A DNA stretch of 64,000 nt from Callorhinchus milii. Lineage: Eukaryota. The stretch is from positions 124,001-188,000 of the forward strand of contig NW_024704753.1 in the NCBI RefSeq assembly GCF_018977255.1, read 5' to 3'. Under the pieces are notes generated by a model. That model had not been told where the DNA came from and ran no database searches. It saw only the letters and a list, made by a program, of their open reading frames with translations. This document shows positions 13,373 through 26,290 of this stretch, in pieces; within the stretch, counting starts at the first letter, position 1; each line of letters opens with the position of its first letter. The position numbers and the translations under genes were made by a program.

Positions 13373-13703
13373 ATAATAATAATAATAATAATAATAATCC
13401 TTGCATTTGATATAGCGCTTTTCACGTCAGGAGGACGTCCCAAAGCGCTTCACAGAACACACTGTAAAGTGAATTGACTGTATATTTGTGGGCGAACGCG
13501 GCAGCCAATTGCGCACAGCAATGTCCCACAAACAGTCGTAGATTGAAAATGACCAATTTAATTATTGTTTTTGGTTTTGGAGGGATTATTATTAGGCTCT
13601 GTGTGGAGTAAGGAAACTTGCCCAAGGTTTCGCCCTGCCTGGAATTGAACTCAGGTCTCTCACTTGCAAAGCGAGTGCTCTAACCACTGAGCTACAGGAC
13701 TCC
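13373..13703 (-). mobile_element. tRNA(Ala)-derived SINE, young subfamily (copy 39716-40044)
   Basis: Minus strand reads ggagtcctgtagctcagtggttagagcactcgctttgcaagtgagagacctgagttcaattccagg with an (ATT)n tail, closely matching 56982-57306. Confidence 0.9.
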
Positions 13704-15273
13704 ACAAAGATAAGAGACAAAGCAAACTATTACCCTGTATCCTCCACCTGAGCAACTCCACACCCACCACTGAAGCTGGTCTATATCTGTTATTGGAGCC
13801 CTGTCTGCACCAGTGCAGCTCAGTGTGCAAGACTGCTGTTAACATTGCAACACTTTCTGCCACCATTACATCGCCAAGTTCCACCAATGCTGCTTCGCAC
13901 TGATCATTAGAAGATGCCTGATATCAGCCTCTTCCTCCAGTTTGTTCCTCCTCACAACGACTGTCAACCCTGTTGTAATGTGTCACTATGTTCTGTGTAT
14001 TTGTAATGTGTGTCTGTGTGGATATGAAACTGCATTTTTTTATTTGGTCATGTATTGTTTTTCGGTGTTTTGTTTCTTACAGACTAAGGAGGCACTTCAC
14101 AAAATTTTAGATGATTTAAATACGGAGGATAATTTTGCATTCATTTCATTTTCTTCGAGTTTTAGAAAATGGAAGAATTCCTTAATCAGAGCAACTACAG
14201 CGAACGTGGTTGAAGCTCATAAATATGTTAGTGAGCTTCACGCCGGTGGAGGTAAAGGAACTCTTCATTACCGTTTTTAAACAAAAACAGAAACTTTATT
14301 ATAGTATAATTTTAAAATTAAAAAACGAATGATGAGCTTTAGAAGTAAGACAAGGGCTTGAGAAAACAACAACTTGCATTTATAATGGGTCCTTCAAATG
14401 GGTAGCATCTCGGAGAGTTTAACAGCGGCAGCTCAGCCAACAGAAAAGAGCAAATTACCTGCTTTTTATCGTATTTTAAATCATGTTGAATTCTCTCAAA
14501 ATGTTTTACAATAATGACTGTCAAGTATTGTGATTATTTTTGTTGCTGGTTTTGCACCGGCAACATCTCACAAATAGTTGATTAATCTTGGGGATTGTTG
14601 GTTAATACACGTGGTGAAACTCGCTTCTCTCTTTCAATTGTGAACTGGGATTTGACAGTGTGTGGTGTGGGTGTTTGGTGTGGGTGGCAGTGTGTGGTGT
14701 GGACAGTGTCAGCGAACTCTCCCCACACCCCCTCCAGTTCCTGCTTATTCTTAAACTTAAATTGAAAGCTTGAAAAGTCAGCTAAGAGTTGATTTTTTTG
14801 TCCGTAATGAGAGAATTTTTCTTTTGTTTCAGGAACGAACATAAATGACCCTCTGTTGGAAGCAGCAAAACTTCTGGATGACGCTCACAATCTGGGGCAG
14901 GTACCCGAGAGAAGCGTCTCCATGATCATTCTGCTGACTGATGGCGACCCCAATTCGGGTGAGCAAAGCTCAATGTCATTCTGCGGTACCGTATGTCCTT
15001 TCACTCTTGGAAAAACTCCATCCTCCACTCACTGAGCACTCACCCTAATACATAGGAAATAACGTGCTCTGATCAACGGGAAATAGGCATTTTTATTAAA
15101 TGGATAGTTCTAATTTTTTTATTATTTTATTGCAGGAGAATCCAATCCCACCAAGATCCAATCCAATGTTAAATATGCCATCAATAACAAGTACAACTTG
15201 TACTGTCTGGGATTTGGTTACGATGTTAAATACAGTTTTCTCGAAAAAATGTCCATAGAAAATAGCGGCATAG

Positions 15274-15613
15274 GTAAGATAGAAGAACTGAAGAGCAAAG
15301 ATGAAGATAAAGCAAAGGAAATTGAGACAAAAATGAAATGGACTAATGCTCTTTACAGAGCTGAGGGTGTGAAGATCAAAGACAATGAAGAAATGTTGAA
15401 AATCGCATTAAAAAGAAAGGAGAAGCTGAAGGCCCAGCGCCAGAAGAATTGGAGAAACGAACTGAGCAAGTGGTGGAGAAGATGCAACATCGTCAGAACA
15501 AGAGGCAGAGAAACCTAAAGAAAAAGAAACTGGCCAAGATAGAGAGGAAAAAGGATAAGGCGAGAAAGAAGGGCCGTGTTCTGCCAGAAGACATCAAAAA
15601 AGCACAACTTTAA
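15274..15613 (+). pseudogene. SURF6: SURF6 last-exon 3' fragment with a 1-bp frameshift
   Basis: Reads KIEELKSKDEDKAKEIE..., and has aattggagaa where the other copies have aattgggagaa (~15451). Confidence 0.9.
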
Positions 15614-17697
15614 AAACAATTTCATGTTTTCAAAAATAAATGCTCCTTCCCCCTCAAAATAAATTCACCGGTCTTTTATCATAATGTATAATGTTTGTAA
15701 TTTTTTTAAACCATCTGCAATGTACATTTGTAATCTTATCTTCACTTATGATATGAAACACCAGATCATTACAATTAACTCAGATTTAATAACTGTAACA
15801 AAAGATCACAGTGTAATAAGGAAACAAAGGAACAGGAGTAGGCCATTCAGCCACTCAAGCCTGTTCAGCCATTTTATATCACGGCTGACCTATGACTCAA
15901 CTCCATTGTGCATTTCATGCTGAGCTGTGTTTCCCACCAGGAGGCTCACAGGGAGTTCCTGGTACCCACCTAGAGAGGTTCAAATCCATACTTGTTATAT
16001 CAAATGGCCAGTTCGTGATTATCCTCCTTTGGGGCAGGTGAGTGGGGTCTCCTTGGAGCTGAACTACCTCCAAGGCGACATGTTTGGCAACGGAATATCA
16101 GAGCCATACCTTTCTGGTGGTCTTTAGTCCAGTTCCTGAGGCAGGCAGTTGTGCAGTACCCCAGGGCACTAATGGTGACAGGCCAGTCATCCTGGCACAT
16201 CGGCAGGGCAAATTGGTTATTGGGGGCAGGGAATCCTCACACTCAGCTCCCATTAATCCTGCAACCCAAAGCCCTAACGGCTAGGGTTGTCATAACTGAC
16301 AAGCAAGGGAAAACTTGCCAGACAATGCTCTCAATGGTAAGCTAGGCAGTTCAGAGCACAAAAGGAGACCATTCGGTCCATCATGTCTGTGCCGGCTCTT
16401 TGAAAAGAGCTATCCAAATCAATCCTACTCTCCTCTCTCCCCATAACCCTACAAACTTGTCCTCCACAAATAATTATCTACAGTTTTAGCTGGTTAGATT
16501 CCAGCAGTTACCCCCAACACATACTCTAGATGCTAAGCTTTGGCTCTTGCCAACCCATGCCTAATAACTTCCAGAGTTAGGTAAGTGGAATCCATCCCAC
16601 CAGGGAGAGTGATTATGGCATTCCAATAATGCAACAAGCATTCATTTCATGTGTGGGTGGGATGTAGGGAATACTGTTTGGTTTGGATACTCTTAAAAAT
16701 GGTGATCAGTTTCCACGTGTGTCAGACACTTGGCTAACCAAACACAGCTTTGAGAAGTGGTTTGAGACATCTTCCTGAAGTGAAAGATGCTACATAAATG
16801 AAAATTGTTTTTTGCTGAAGGGCACCTGTGACCATGTACTGTACAAATGCCTGCAGAAGAGAATCAATTTTTAGAGAAAAGTTGAGAAACAAAACATGTG
16901 AAAGTAACATTTGCAAATAGTAGATATCACAAGGCTGATCAGAATGTTTTTGGCTCCCATTCACCTTGGAGTCATTTTATATGTACAAATATCAAGGTTT
17001 GAACTTGCAATCAGTGCAGGGCCACAGTACAGCTGTGTTTTACTAATACAGAATGATGCAACACTGATCTGTTTACTCACCAGAAAATGATTCAGGAGAT
17101 AAAATAATTTCTTACATTGTCAATCGTATCTCATGAACAACTGTTGAAATGATCTTTTTGCCAGTTAGAACTTGTTTTGTTGAGAACATGGAACTAATTT
17201 AATCATTAGAAGTGCATGACCTTTATTAATATTTGCCACACATTACTTATTACGCATTGAAATTGCCATTGGCTTTACATAGACTGTTGAATAATTGTTT
17301 CTGTAATCTTTCTGGATTTTTGCAAAGGTGTTTTGGTGGACAGCATCAAACAGCAAACGGGATGCAGTTACTGGTGACTAAATAGTAAGTGGTGGTGTGG
17401 GTGCCCTACTATCTACTGCCAGTCCCAACTTCTCTATAATCTCCAATGGATTCTCATCCCATGGTGACTATGGTGTACTCAAGCTCTCCCCTGTTATCAT
17501 CTGCAGGCATATGGGTCAATATCCATATTTAAAATGAAATCTCCACTTTGATTGCAAAGAACATAGTCAGATTTATCAAGTCAACAGATCCAAGATACAT
17601 GGAATTCAGTGAAGCAAGATAATAAGCTTTGGATATAAGAATAGTGGACAGCAACCTATTCTAAATGGAAAACATTGAGAATTAGGGCACATAAGTC

Positions 17698-19930
17698 ATT
17701 ACAACAACAACAACTTGCACTTATATAGTGCCCTCCACGCTTGGTGGCATCTCAGAGCTTAACAATGGTGGAGCCCAAGGCTGAGCCAGGGGGAGGGGAA
17801 GGTGACCATAGGCACGGTCAAAAAGTCTTCAGGTGCGACTTGAATATGGGGAAGGAGGGGGCAAGGCGACAGGGTTGAGGGAGGGAGTTCCACAGTTTTG
17901 GGGCGTAATGGCTGAAGGGACGGCCACCGATGGTGGAGCGAAGGATTCGGGGGACACGGAGGAGACTGGACCCAGTAGAGCAGAGGCAGCGGATACTGCT
18001 GTGGGGAGAGAGGTTAGAGAGATGGGGGTGGGGGGGGGGGGGGCAAGGAATGGAAGGAATTAAACACTATAGTGAGGATCTTGAAGTGGATCCGCTCTGT
18101 GACAGGAGCCAGTGGGGTTTGGCCAGGACTGGAGTAATTGGAATACGGAGTTTGGTGCGGGTGAGAATGCGGGCGGCGAAATTTTACACAAGCTGAATTT
18201 TGGAGGAGGGGAGACTGGCGAGGAGGGCGTTAGAATCGACTCGCCGAGAGGTGACAAAGGCATGGACAAGGGTTTTGGCAGCTTTTGGGGTGAGGTATTG
18301 TCGGAGATGGGCAATGTGGCAGAGGTGCAAGAAAGCAGTGCTGGTCAGGGACCGGACATGGGGGAGGAAGAATAACTGGGGATCAAACCTAATGACTAAG
18401 TTGCGCATGGGTTCAGAGAGTTTTAAGAACAGGTCGGGTAGATTGAGGAGGTCGGAACCATGGGACAGAAGATGTTGGCAGGAGCCAAAGGGTATGGCTT
18501 CCGTCTTGTGGATGATTAACTGGAGGAAATTTGCGCTCATCCAGACAAGCTGACAGAACATCAGGATACTGAGGGTCGCAGCTGGAGATGGAAAAGTAGA
18601 GTTGAGCGTCATCCACATCCATGTGGAAGTTAACCCTGTGTCTGCAGATGACAACACTGAGAGGGAGCATATAGATGAGGAAGAGAAGGGGACCAAGAAT
18701 GGATCCTTGGGTATCTACCCCACAGGTGACCGGGTGAAAGTGCGAAGAAAAGCCATTTGCAGAAATGTGCTGGTGGTTTATAAGGTAGGATTCGAACCAA
18801 GTGAATGCGGTCCCACTGAGCTATGATGGAGGACAGGCGTTGCACGAGGATGGCGTGATCAACTGTGTTGAACGCGATGGAGAGGACCAGGAGGACAAGA
18901 AGGCAGAGGAAGCCCTGGTCACAGATAGATTTGTGGCCTTCACAAGCGCGGACTCTGTACTGTGGGCAGCCAAGGCAGAAACTGGACTGGAGGAGTTCGA
19001 GTAGGGTGTGGAGGGAGAGATGTGCACAAAGTTGGAAGGCAACAACGCCATTCCAGAGCGTTGGAAAGAAAGGCAGGTTTGAGATAGGGCGAGAGTGGCC
19101 GAGGTTGGAGGGATCGAGGGTAGTTTTTTTTTAAGGAGTGGGGTGATGATTGCAGTTTTGAGAGCGAGTGGGACTGATCCTGAGGAGAGAGACTGGTTAT
19201 AGTGTCTGCCAGCAGTGGGCAGAGGAGGGGGAGCTGAGTGATCAGCAATTGGGTGGGGAGGGAGTCGAGGCAGCAGGTGGTGGGTTTCATTGTGGATGAA
19301 AGATAGGAAGGAGAGATGGGGGCAAATGAATGTAGGATAGGGGCGTGGTAGGACCTGAGGGCAGGGTGGGTGAGGGAGATCTAATGGGGGGGCGGGGGGG
19401 GGGGGGGTGTGGTTGGTGACACAGGACAGAGGGATGAAGCTGCCAGGTGGATGTTGACAACATTAGAGGTAAGGAAGCCCATGACCTCTTCGCGCTTGGT
19501 GTTAGATGTGATGATTGAGGGAGCGCACGGAGGAGGTGGTAGGGGTTGGAGAATAGGACTGGGGAGTTACTGTTGACCTCCAGTATGATGTTTGAGTCGT
19601 GCGCAGTTTTTGCTTGTGACAGGGAGCAGTGGTAGGTGTGAAGATGCTCGAGCCACAGCTGGTGGTGAACCGTTAGGCTGGATTTCTGCCACCTGCACTC
19701 AAGCAACCAGGTTTGGGATTTTAGGGAGCGGAGATGGCTGTTGTACCAGGGGGTTCAGGTGGGTTTGGAGACAGTCCTGGATTTCAGGGGGACGAGGGAG
19801 TTCAAGATGGAGGAGAGGCGATCATGGAGCAGCTTGACGGCTGCTTCAGGGTTGCTGCAGGTAGAAGGCCAGAGGGATAGGAGGATTAATAGCTGCAAAG
19901 AGCTGCAGCATGTTCACCTCTCCCCAATTT
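17698..19930 (-). mobile_element. L2-clade LINE remnant, copy B
   Basis: Duplicate of 4565-6785 with the same RT fragments. Confidence 0.88.
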
Positions 19931-20257
19931 GAACAGACTACCAGAGAGAGACTCTCCCTAAATTAATGCACAATCATGACAGACAGAAAAGTAGCTTTAT
20001 GTTATCAAATCCAGAACCATATAAAATTGTTGTCAAAACATTCATTGATTTATTGATACAAATATTAACTATTTTACAAGCAATGCGACCCCTTTGTCTG
20101 AGCAACTCCTGACCAGCAGCATTACTTGTTTTAAAATTTGCTGAAACCGTGGATCAATGGTTAGATCAATATTTTGCGAAACTAGAACTATTACTCAACA
20201 GTGCTGGATTATAAACTGGTTCCTGAAGCAGAACTTCACAGCCTCACAGTTCCCACC

Positions 20258-23200
20258 ATGAAAGCAATTCTGCCCTGGGTTTTGCTGACTTCTATTCCAG
20301 CCTTAATATCTGCTGATTTCATCATAGCAGATTTAAAGCACCAAAAGGTAAAGCGCTATTCATTTCCAATTTTTTAGTGATTTTTCAATTAACTAAATTA
20401 TCTTTTAAACTTATTTTTCAATTTGAGCAGAGTAAATCCACAGTCCATTCAGCAAATGCCCAGAGCCCATGGAGAAGGACGTTAAAGATACTAGCCAAAT
20501 TTATCTGAAGATATTTTGAGTTAGATAATTAGTCCGAAAGATAATTAAGTACAAATTGAAAAGTTAAAGTGTACAAATTTATCACATCTCTGCTGTTTTT
20601 CTATTAGGAATTAGATTGCGTGTTTTGGGCTAAACTGCAGGGATTTCTGCCTTGATGATTCATCAGTTTTGTTTGTATATCTTAAGATATTTCTTACTCT
20701 GTTGCCTAACTGATAAATGTTCCAGTTTCCTTCAGTCTTCAATAAGAAACAGACAGGTGATTGAAGCCTGAACTACAGTTATATTGCTTCTTTATTTTGA
20801 ACTTGATACGTTCTCTGAGCTGGGTACTGACCATTGGGCTCATGTGCTGCAGAATGTGACCTAGAAAATAGTACCTGAAATGACAAGCCTTCAGTCTACA
20901 TTCACTGCTATTTTCTTGCTGTTTTAAAAATAATAATAATAATAATCCTTGCATTTGATATAGCACTTTTAATGTCTTCAAGATGTCTCAAAAAAATCAT
21001 AGAAATGCAGCCAAGAAGGAGGTGTTTGGCACAGATTCCCAGAGTGAGCTGTCCATTCAGACACACTGCATTGGCTCCCCTTCAAGTTGCTATCTTTCAT
21101 GTACCTTTCTACATCCCCTCAATACTCCCTCTGCCACTTTCCTTGGCGGGGGATTCTACAAGTGAAAAAGGTTCTCCTAAACACTCTTTTCACTCTTTTT
21201 GTGTCTATCTTATATCTGTGTCCCATATCACCAAATTCCCCACCAGTGGAAACAGCTTCTCTCTATTTACCACTCATCATTGTATTTACCTCCATCAGAT
21301 CCCCACTCAACCTTCTCTGCTCCAATTAAACAGACCCAAATTCTCCGATCTCCTCATTATCACAGCCCCTCATTCAGGGGAATCATTTCCTAAAATTGTA
21401 TGTCCAATTCAACTTTTTCTAATTTTTCCCCCAAATAACATATGTCTCTGCTCCTGGTCCTTCCCTCCTCTTGCTGGCGTCCAGTTCTACAGGCACCTGT
21501 TTACCTCTTTTTTATTAATGAGTTGGATTATTGAGCTCTGCTGCCTGTATCTGCCCATTGCAGTACAGTTACCAATGCGAACCTGAAGTCCATCAGTCAG
21601 GTCTTTGTTAGAAATTGATTTATTTTGTGCACTGTCTAATTATACAGCACAATCTTATCAACATTATGAATAACTGTATGAATAACTGATGTTCTTTTTC
21701 CCTTGTTGGAAATAGAAAAGAAGCGTCGATGGGCACCCCACTAAAGTAGGTCTAATTCCTGATATTGCTGCTCTGTAATGGTTCTGTGTAGTGTAACTGA
21801 CTTTAACCTAAGTTGTGCCACAGATTCGAAAAAACGTTGCAATTTTGATGATGTAACTGTTCAGTTTGGATATTTCTAATTTCAACAATAAGCAGAATGT
21901 CTCTGTGTTTGTTCAGTCTGTACTGGAACTGAAAATAACCCCCACTTAATATCAATTTACTATATGTATTTACATCGGACTTCTCTGGACATTATTAAGT
22001 GTTAAATATAATTTCTTGCACATAAAAACATAATCCTTGCATCCGATATAGCACCTTATCACATCGATGAAATGTTTCAAAGTGCTTTGCAGGATTTACT
22101 GTTGAATATAGTGAATGATTTTTTGGCGAATACTGGCATACATTAGTGTTCATATTATCTTTATTTTTCAGCAAGTGAAGGAGCTTGAAATTTACAGTTT
22201 TAAGGTTGATTGCAAAATTACATCTCGATTCGCTCGCAATGTGGTGACCAGTCGGGTAGTGAACCGAGCGAATGAGTCCAAAGAAGCTTTGTTTGATGTA
22301 CAGCTGCCCAAAACAGCCTTCATTGCCAACTTCAGCATGTGTGTATTTGCTCTGTTACTTGAGATAATTTGTGTGTAAATAGAACAGTGAACTTTGTGAC
22401 AAACTCCCTGACTAATCACAAGATTGGTTTGAACGAAAAACATCCTACGGCTCATCTGATCTCAGCCATAACCTTCAATCCTCTCATAACAGCATCAAGC
22501 TGCCTTGGAAGCACTCCGGGACACTACCCCACTTGACAGGCTATATTAATGCAAGTTGTTGCTTAAATGAGTCCAGTGTCCTGGCCTCAACCGCTCTTGT
22601 TGGCAGCCTGTTCCAGTTGTTAATTAACCTCTGAGTAAAGAAAAACTTCCTGGTATCTGACCAGAAATTGCTTTACAACTTTAAACCTGTGACTTCTTGT
22701 CCTACTGTTTCGATGCATTCTAAAGTATTCTGAGTTTACTTTTTCAATCCCATTTAACATTGTACAGTATTTTCTTGACCACTAACAGCGGTGTCCAACC
22801 ACGAGGTGGCGCTGTCTCACATGATCAACGAGTGAAGAGGCTGGAGCTGTAGAACTGGGTCTTATTGAGTCAAATCAGATTTCATGCCACTGGAAATAAA
22901 TATATAAAACTTAATGTTAAGCCTGAGGTAAATATTGCTCATGACTATTGCTTTATTAAGCAAATGCAGAACACCGCCTAGTACTGATCGATTGATTTGT
23001 CTATAGGGTCCTCGCTGAGTCAGCGATTCTCAAGCTTGAAGAGCCCCATCTTATCTAATTGCTGCTCATTCCTCCAACACTTGGGATCATCCTCTAAACT
23101 GCCTTCAGGCCATTTAATCCACATTCTGCTGACAAATGTGAAAGTCGTCCTGATTGGACCAACTCAGATTTTTTGTTTGGTTCAAAGTTTCCTTTGAGGA

Positions 23201-25941
23201 TAATACAAAATGCCATTTGTAGCACATTTCACGTTGGGAGGATGTCCCAAGGCGCTGGACGATAAAGGAGGAAATGAGAGATGAACCAGCAAAGAGACAG
23301 ACTGGGGCTGAGAACAATGAATCGGGGATACTGTATACTAATTCTGTGTTCTAATGCTAGGATTATAGATGGGGTGGTTTACGTTGGAGTTGTGAAGGAG
23401 AAAGAAGTGGCTAAGCAGCAGTACCAGCAAGCAGTCGCACGAGGGCAGACAGCAGGTCTTGTGAAGTAAGGATCAAAGGGCTTCTTTTCAATCTTCCTCA
23501 GTCATTTTGCCTCCTTTCCCCACAAAGACAAGCCTCATGAAGGGATGGGACACAACCTAAATCAGGTCACTGATTCCCAGAATGTACTTCTCTCCAGATA
23601 TTTACCAGTTATAGAATCTTTCCCACAATATTAATGTATGTCTGAACAATTTGATTACATGGGAGAAGGTGTGACATCTCATTTTAATGGACAAAACTGA
23701 CTTTTTGGATAAAGCGATCTCAGTGTAGTCTTGCATGTTAACTCACCACTACAAATGTCTAATTCTGTCTTGATAGGAATTCTCTCAGAAAACTATTTAT
23801 ATGGGAGTTGTTTGTATCAATTTTTGATGAATTAATCATTTAACTGCCATTGAATGTTCATTGAATGTTCCAAAGACATTCGAGCTTCCTAAAGCATTTA
23901 TTCTCAAGTAAAAGCTTTTTTTAGTAAAGCAACATTTTAACCTGTGTATGGTTTAAGATATATGCTTCACATTTTTCATGAATGATTTAGGTTAGTTAAT
24001 TACAGACGGGGGCTATTTTACATTTTAAAAAATCTGTTTTATATTCTTCGTGTCCAAAGAGTAACTGGAAGGAAAATGGAAAAGTTTAAAGTTTCAGTAA
24101 ATATCGCAGCAGCTAAAAAAGTAACATTTGAGCTGGTTTATGAAGAATTACTCAAGCGTAAACTGGGGAAATACGAGATGGTGATCAGAGTAAAGCCTGA
24201 ACAGCTTGTCCAGCATTTCCAGGTATGTAGCAGGGATGGGAGCTAGCCACTGTGGCACTTGTCCAACCAGGGCCCACTGACTCCTCATGAAGTGCACCTA
24301 CACAACAACAACAATATCAACAACATGTCCTTGAAATGTGCAGCGCTTGTGGAAATGGTTGTGAAAAAGCTAATATTATTCAGGGTTTATACATAGGGAC
24401 ATAGAGTACAAATGTAAAGGAATAATAATAATCCTTGCATTTGATATAGTGCCTTATCACGTCTTCTAGATGTCTCAAAGCGCTTCACAGAATAGACTGT
24501 AAAGTGAATTGACTGTATATTTGTGGGTGAAACACTGCAGCCAATTGCACACAGCAGCATCCCACAAACAGTCGTGGATTGAAAATAACCAATTTATTAT
24601 TGTTTTTGTTTTTGGAGGGATTATTATTAGGTGTGTGGAGTCAGGAAACTTGCCCAAGATTTTCCTCTGCCTGGAATTGAACTCAGGTGTCTCGCTTGCA
24701 AAGCGAATGCTCTAACCACTGAGCCACAGGATGCCACAATCCCAGGGATGAGGGGCATTAGTTCTAAAGAGGGTGAATTAGTTGGGTCTGTTTTTCATTG
24801 GCGTAAAGAAGATTGTGAGGCTACCTGATAGAAATGTATATCATTCTGAGGGGTTTTGATGCTAAGTAATGGGAAGCTATTGTCATTGGTAGGTTTGTCA
24901 GTGAGTAGGGGCCACAGTTATAAGACAATAAAGTTTAGGAGATTTTTTTCACTCAGAATAGTTGGGATGTGGAATGCTAGAGGCAGAGTGTGTTCTGGGT
25001 TTCAGAGGGAAGTCAACATGTATATGAATGTTAGCGGCTTGAAGGCCTATGGCAACATGGCAAGAGCAGAGGGAGTGAAAGAACAGCTTCCTCTCAGACT
25101 GGGTGCAGAATTGATCGGCCAAAGGCCTGCTTCTGTGCTATGAATTTCTATAATTGTAAAAAATATTTTATTTCCTCTGTGCCTATTTTCAAATGTTTAA
25201 CAAACATGTTAACACTAATTACATTCCATCACATTTCAACCTCTCCAGATTGATGTCCATCTGTTTGAACCACAAGGCATTGCCTTTTTGGATGTTAATG
25301 CAACATTTTTAACAAATGATTTAATGCCAATTGTGAAAAAGACTCTAACAGGAAAAAAGGTACATTATTAATAATAATAATAATCTGCATCCTTGCATTT
25401 TGTATAGTGCCTTTCATGTTGGGAGGATGTCCCAAAACTCTTCACAGAATTTACTATGAAGTAGAGTGATTGTGTATTTGTAGACAAACATAACAGCCAA
25501 TTGCACAAACAATGATCTGCAAACAGCCATGATTTGAATGACCAATCTTATTTGGGGTATTTTTGGCCAAGATACTGGGAGAAATCTCTTCTCAAATAGT
25601 GCCATAGCACCTTTAACATCCATCTAAACGGGACCTCACTTTAATGTCTCATTCAAAGGACAGCACCTCCGACAATGCAACACCACCACAGCATTACATT
25701 GGAGTGCCAGCTTAAACTATGTGAGTTCAAGTCCCAATGTGGGGCTCAAACCCACAACCTTCTGGCTCAGAGGCATGAGTGCTGCTAACTGAGTCAGGCT
25801 TGACAGACTGTTGTATACTTTGAGGTTTACACATGTGGATATGACAATCTTACCGTGAATTGCTGTGTGATTCAGGCTCACATTTCCTTCACACCAACAC
25901 TGGATCAGCAGAGTGCCTGTACCAGTTGCCAGAACACTGGC
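20258..25941 (+). pseudogene. ITIH3: 3'-truncated ITIH3-like copy B: exons 20258-20347, 21716-21745, 22172-22338, 23361-23465, 24060-24222, 25249-25359, 25876-25941 (cut)
   Basis: Matches exons 1-6 and part of exon 7. The sequence switches to the GC-rich SURF6 promoter after ...CQNTG. Confidence 0.85.
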
Positions 25942-26290
25942 CCTCACGGCCCGGTTCGCGTATGTGCAGTGTACGTCATCAGTCAGCGCCGAAAGGCCCA
26001 CGTGCAACTGCAGCCGAGAAGCCGAGCGCGACCCCCGACCCCGACCCGCCGCACCCCCCGACCCCGGGCCGCCGCACCCCCCCGGACCCCCGGGCCGCCG
26101 CACCCCCCGACCCCGGGCCGCCGCCTGTGTCCTGTGAACATCGTCCCGTTTCCTGTTTGAAGCCTCTGAGAGTTGGTTATCGCTGACACAATGGCGGACC
26201 TGAGTCTCGCCGCTAAAGACAAGTACCTACAGCGTCTGGGAAGCAAAGTGTGCGCCGCTCAGCGCCAGGAGCCACACCAGCGAAAACTTG
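25942..26290 (+). promoter_or_regulatory. CpG island / TATA-less promoter of SURF6, with a short GC-rich tandem repeat (cccccgaccccgggccgccgca, about 3 copies, 26030-26125) and a CRE-like TACGTCA
   Basis: Very high GC and CpG density directly upstream of and overlapping the SURF6 ATG at 26191. Confidence 0.75.

Larger units (their letters stand above)
1..15273 (+). repeat. Segmental duplication copy A (SURF6 intron 1 to mid ITIH exon 11)
   Basis: Base 1 matches 26308 and colinear near-identity continues to 41617 (offset 26307 rising to 26344). The same ORFs recur in the ORF track. Confidence 0.97.
7111..15273 (+). pseudogene. ITIH3: 3'-truncated ITIH3-like copy A: exons 7111-7200, 8548-8577, 9004-9170, 10193-10297, 10892-11054, 12081-12191, 12708-12836, 12992-13108, 14083-14251, 14833-14958, 15136-15273 (cut)
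   Basis: Exons match the complete copy (signal peptide, VIT domain, vWA). The copy breaks off at ...ENSGI and joins SURF6 sequence. Confidence 0.85.
15274..25941 (+). repeat. Segmental duplication copy B (core Z only; equals 2135-12773 and 28440-39117)
   Basis: Starts mid SURF6 exon 4 (gtaagatagaagaactg) and ends mid ITIH exon 7 (ccagaacactggc). Offset to copy A rises from 13139 to 13168. Confidence 0.97.

Noticed and set aside
25717-26246. Pro/Arg/Gly-rich ORFs on both strands as a novel gene
   Set aside because: Stop-poor GC-rich tandem repeat in the SURF6 CpG island, joined to ITIH exon 7. The supported coding start is the SURF6 ATG at 26191.
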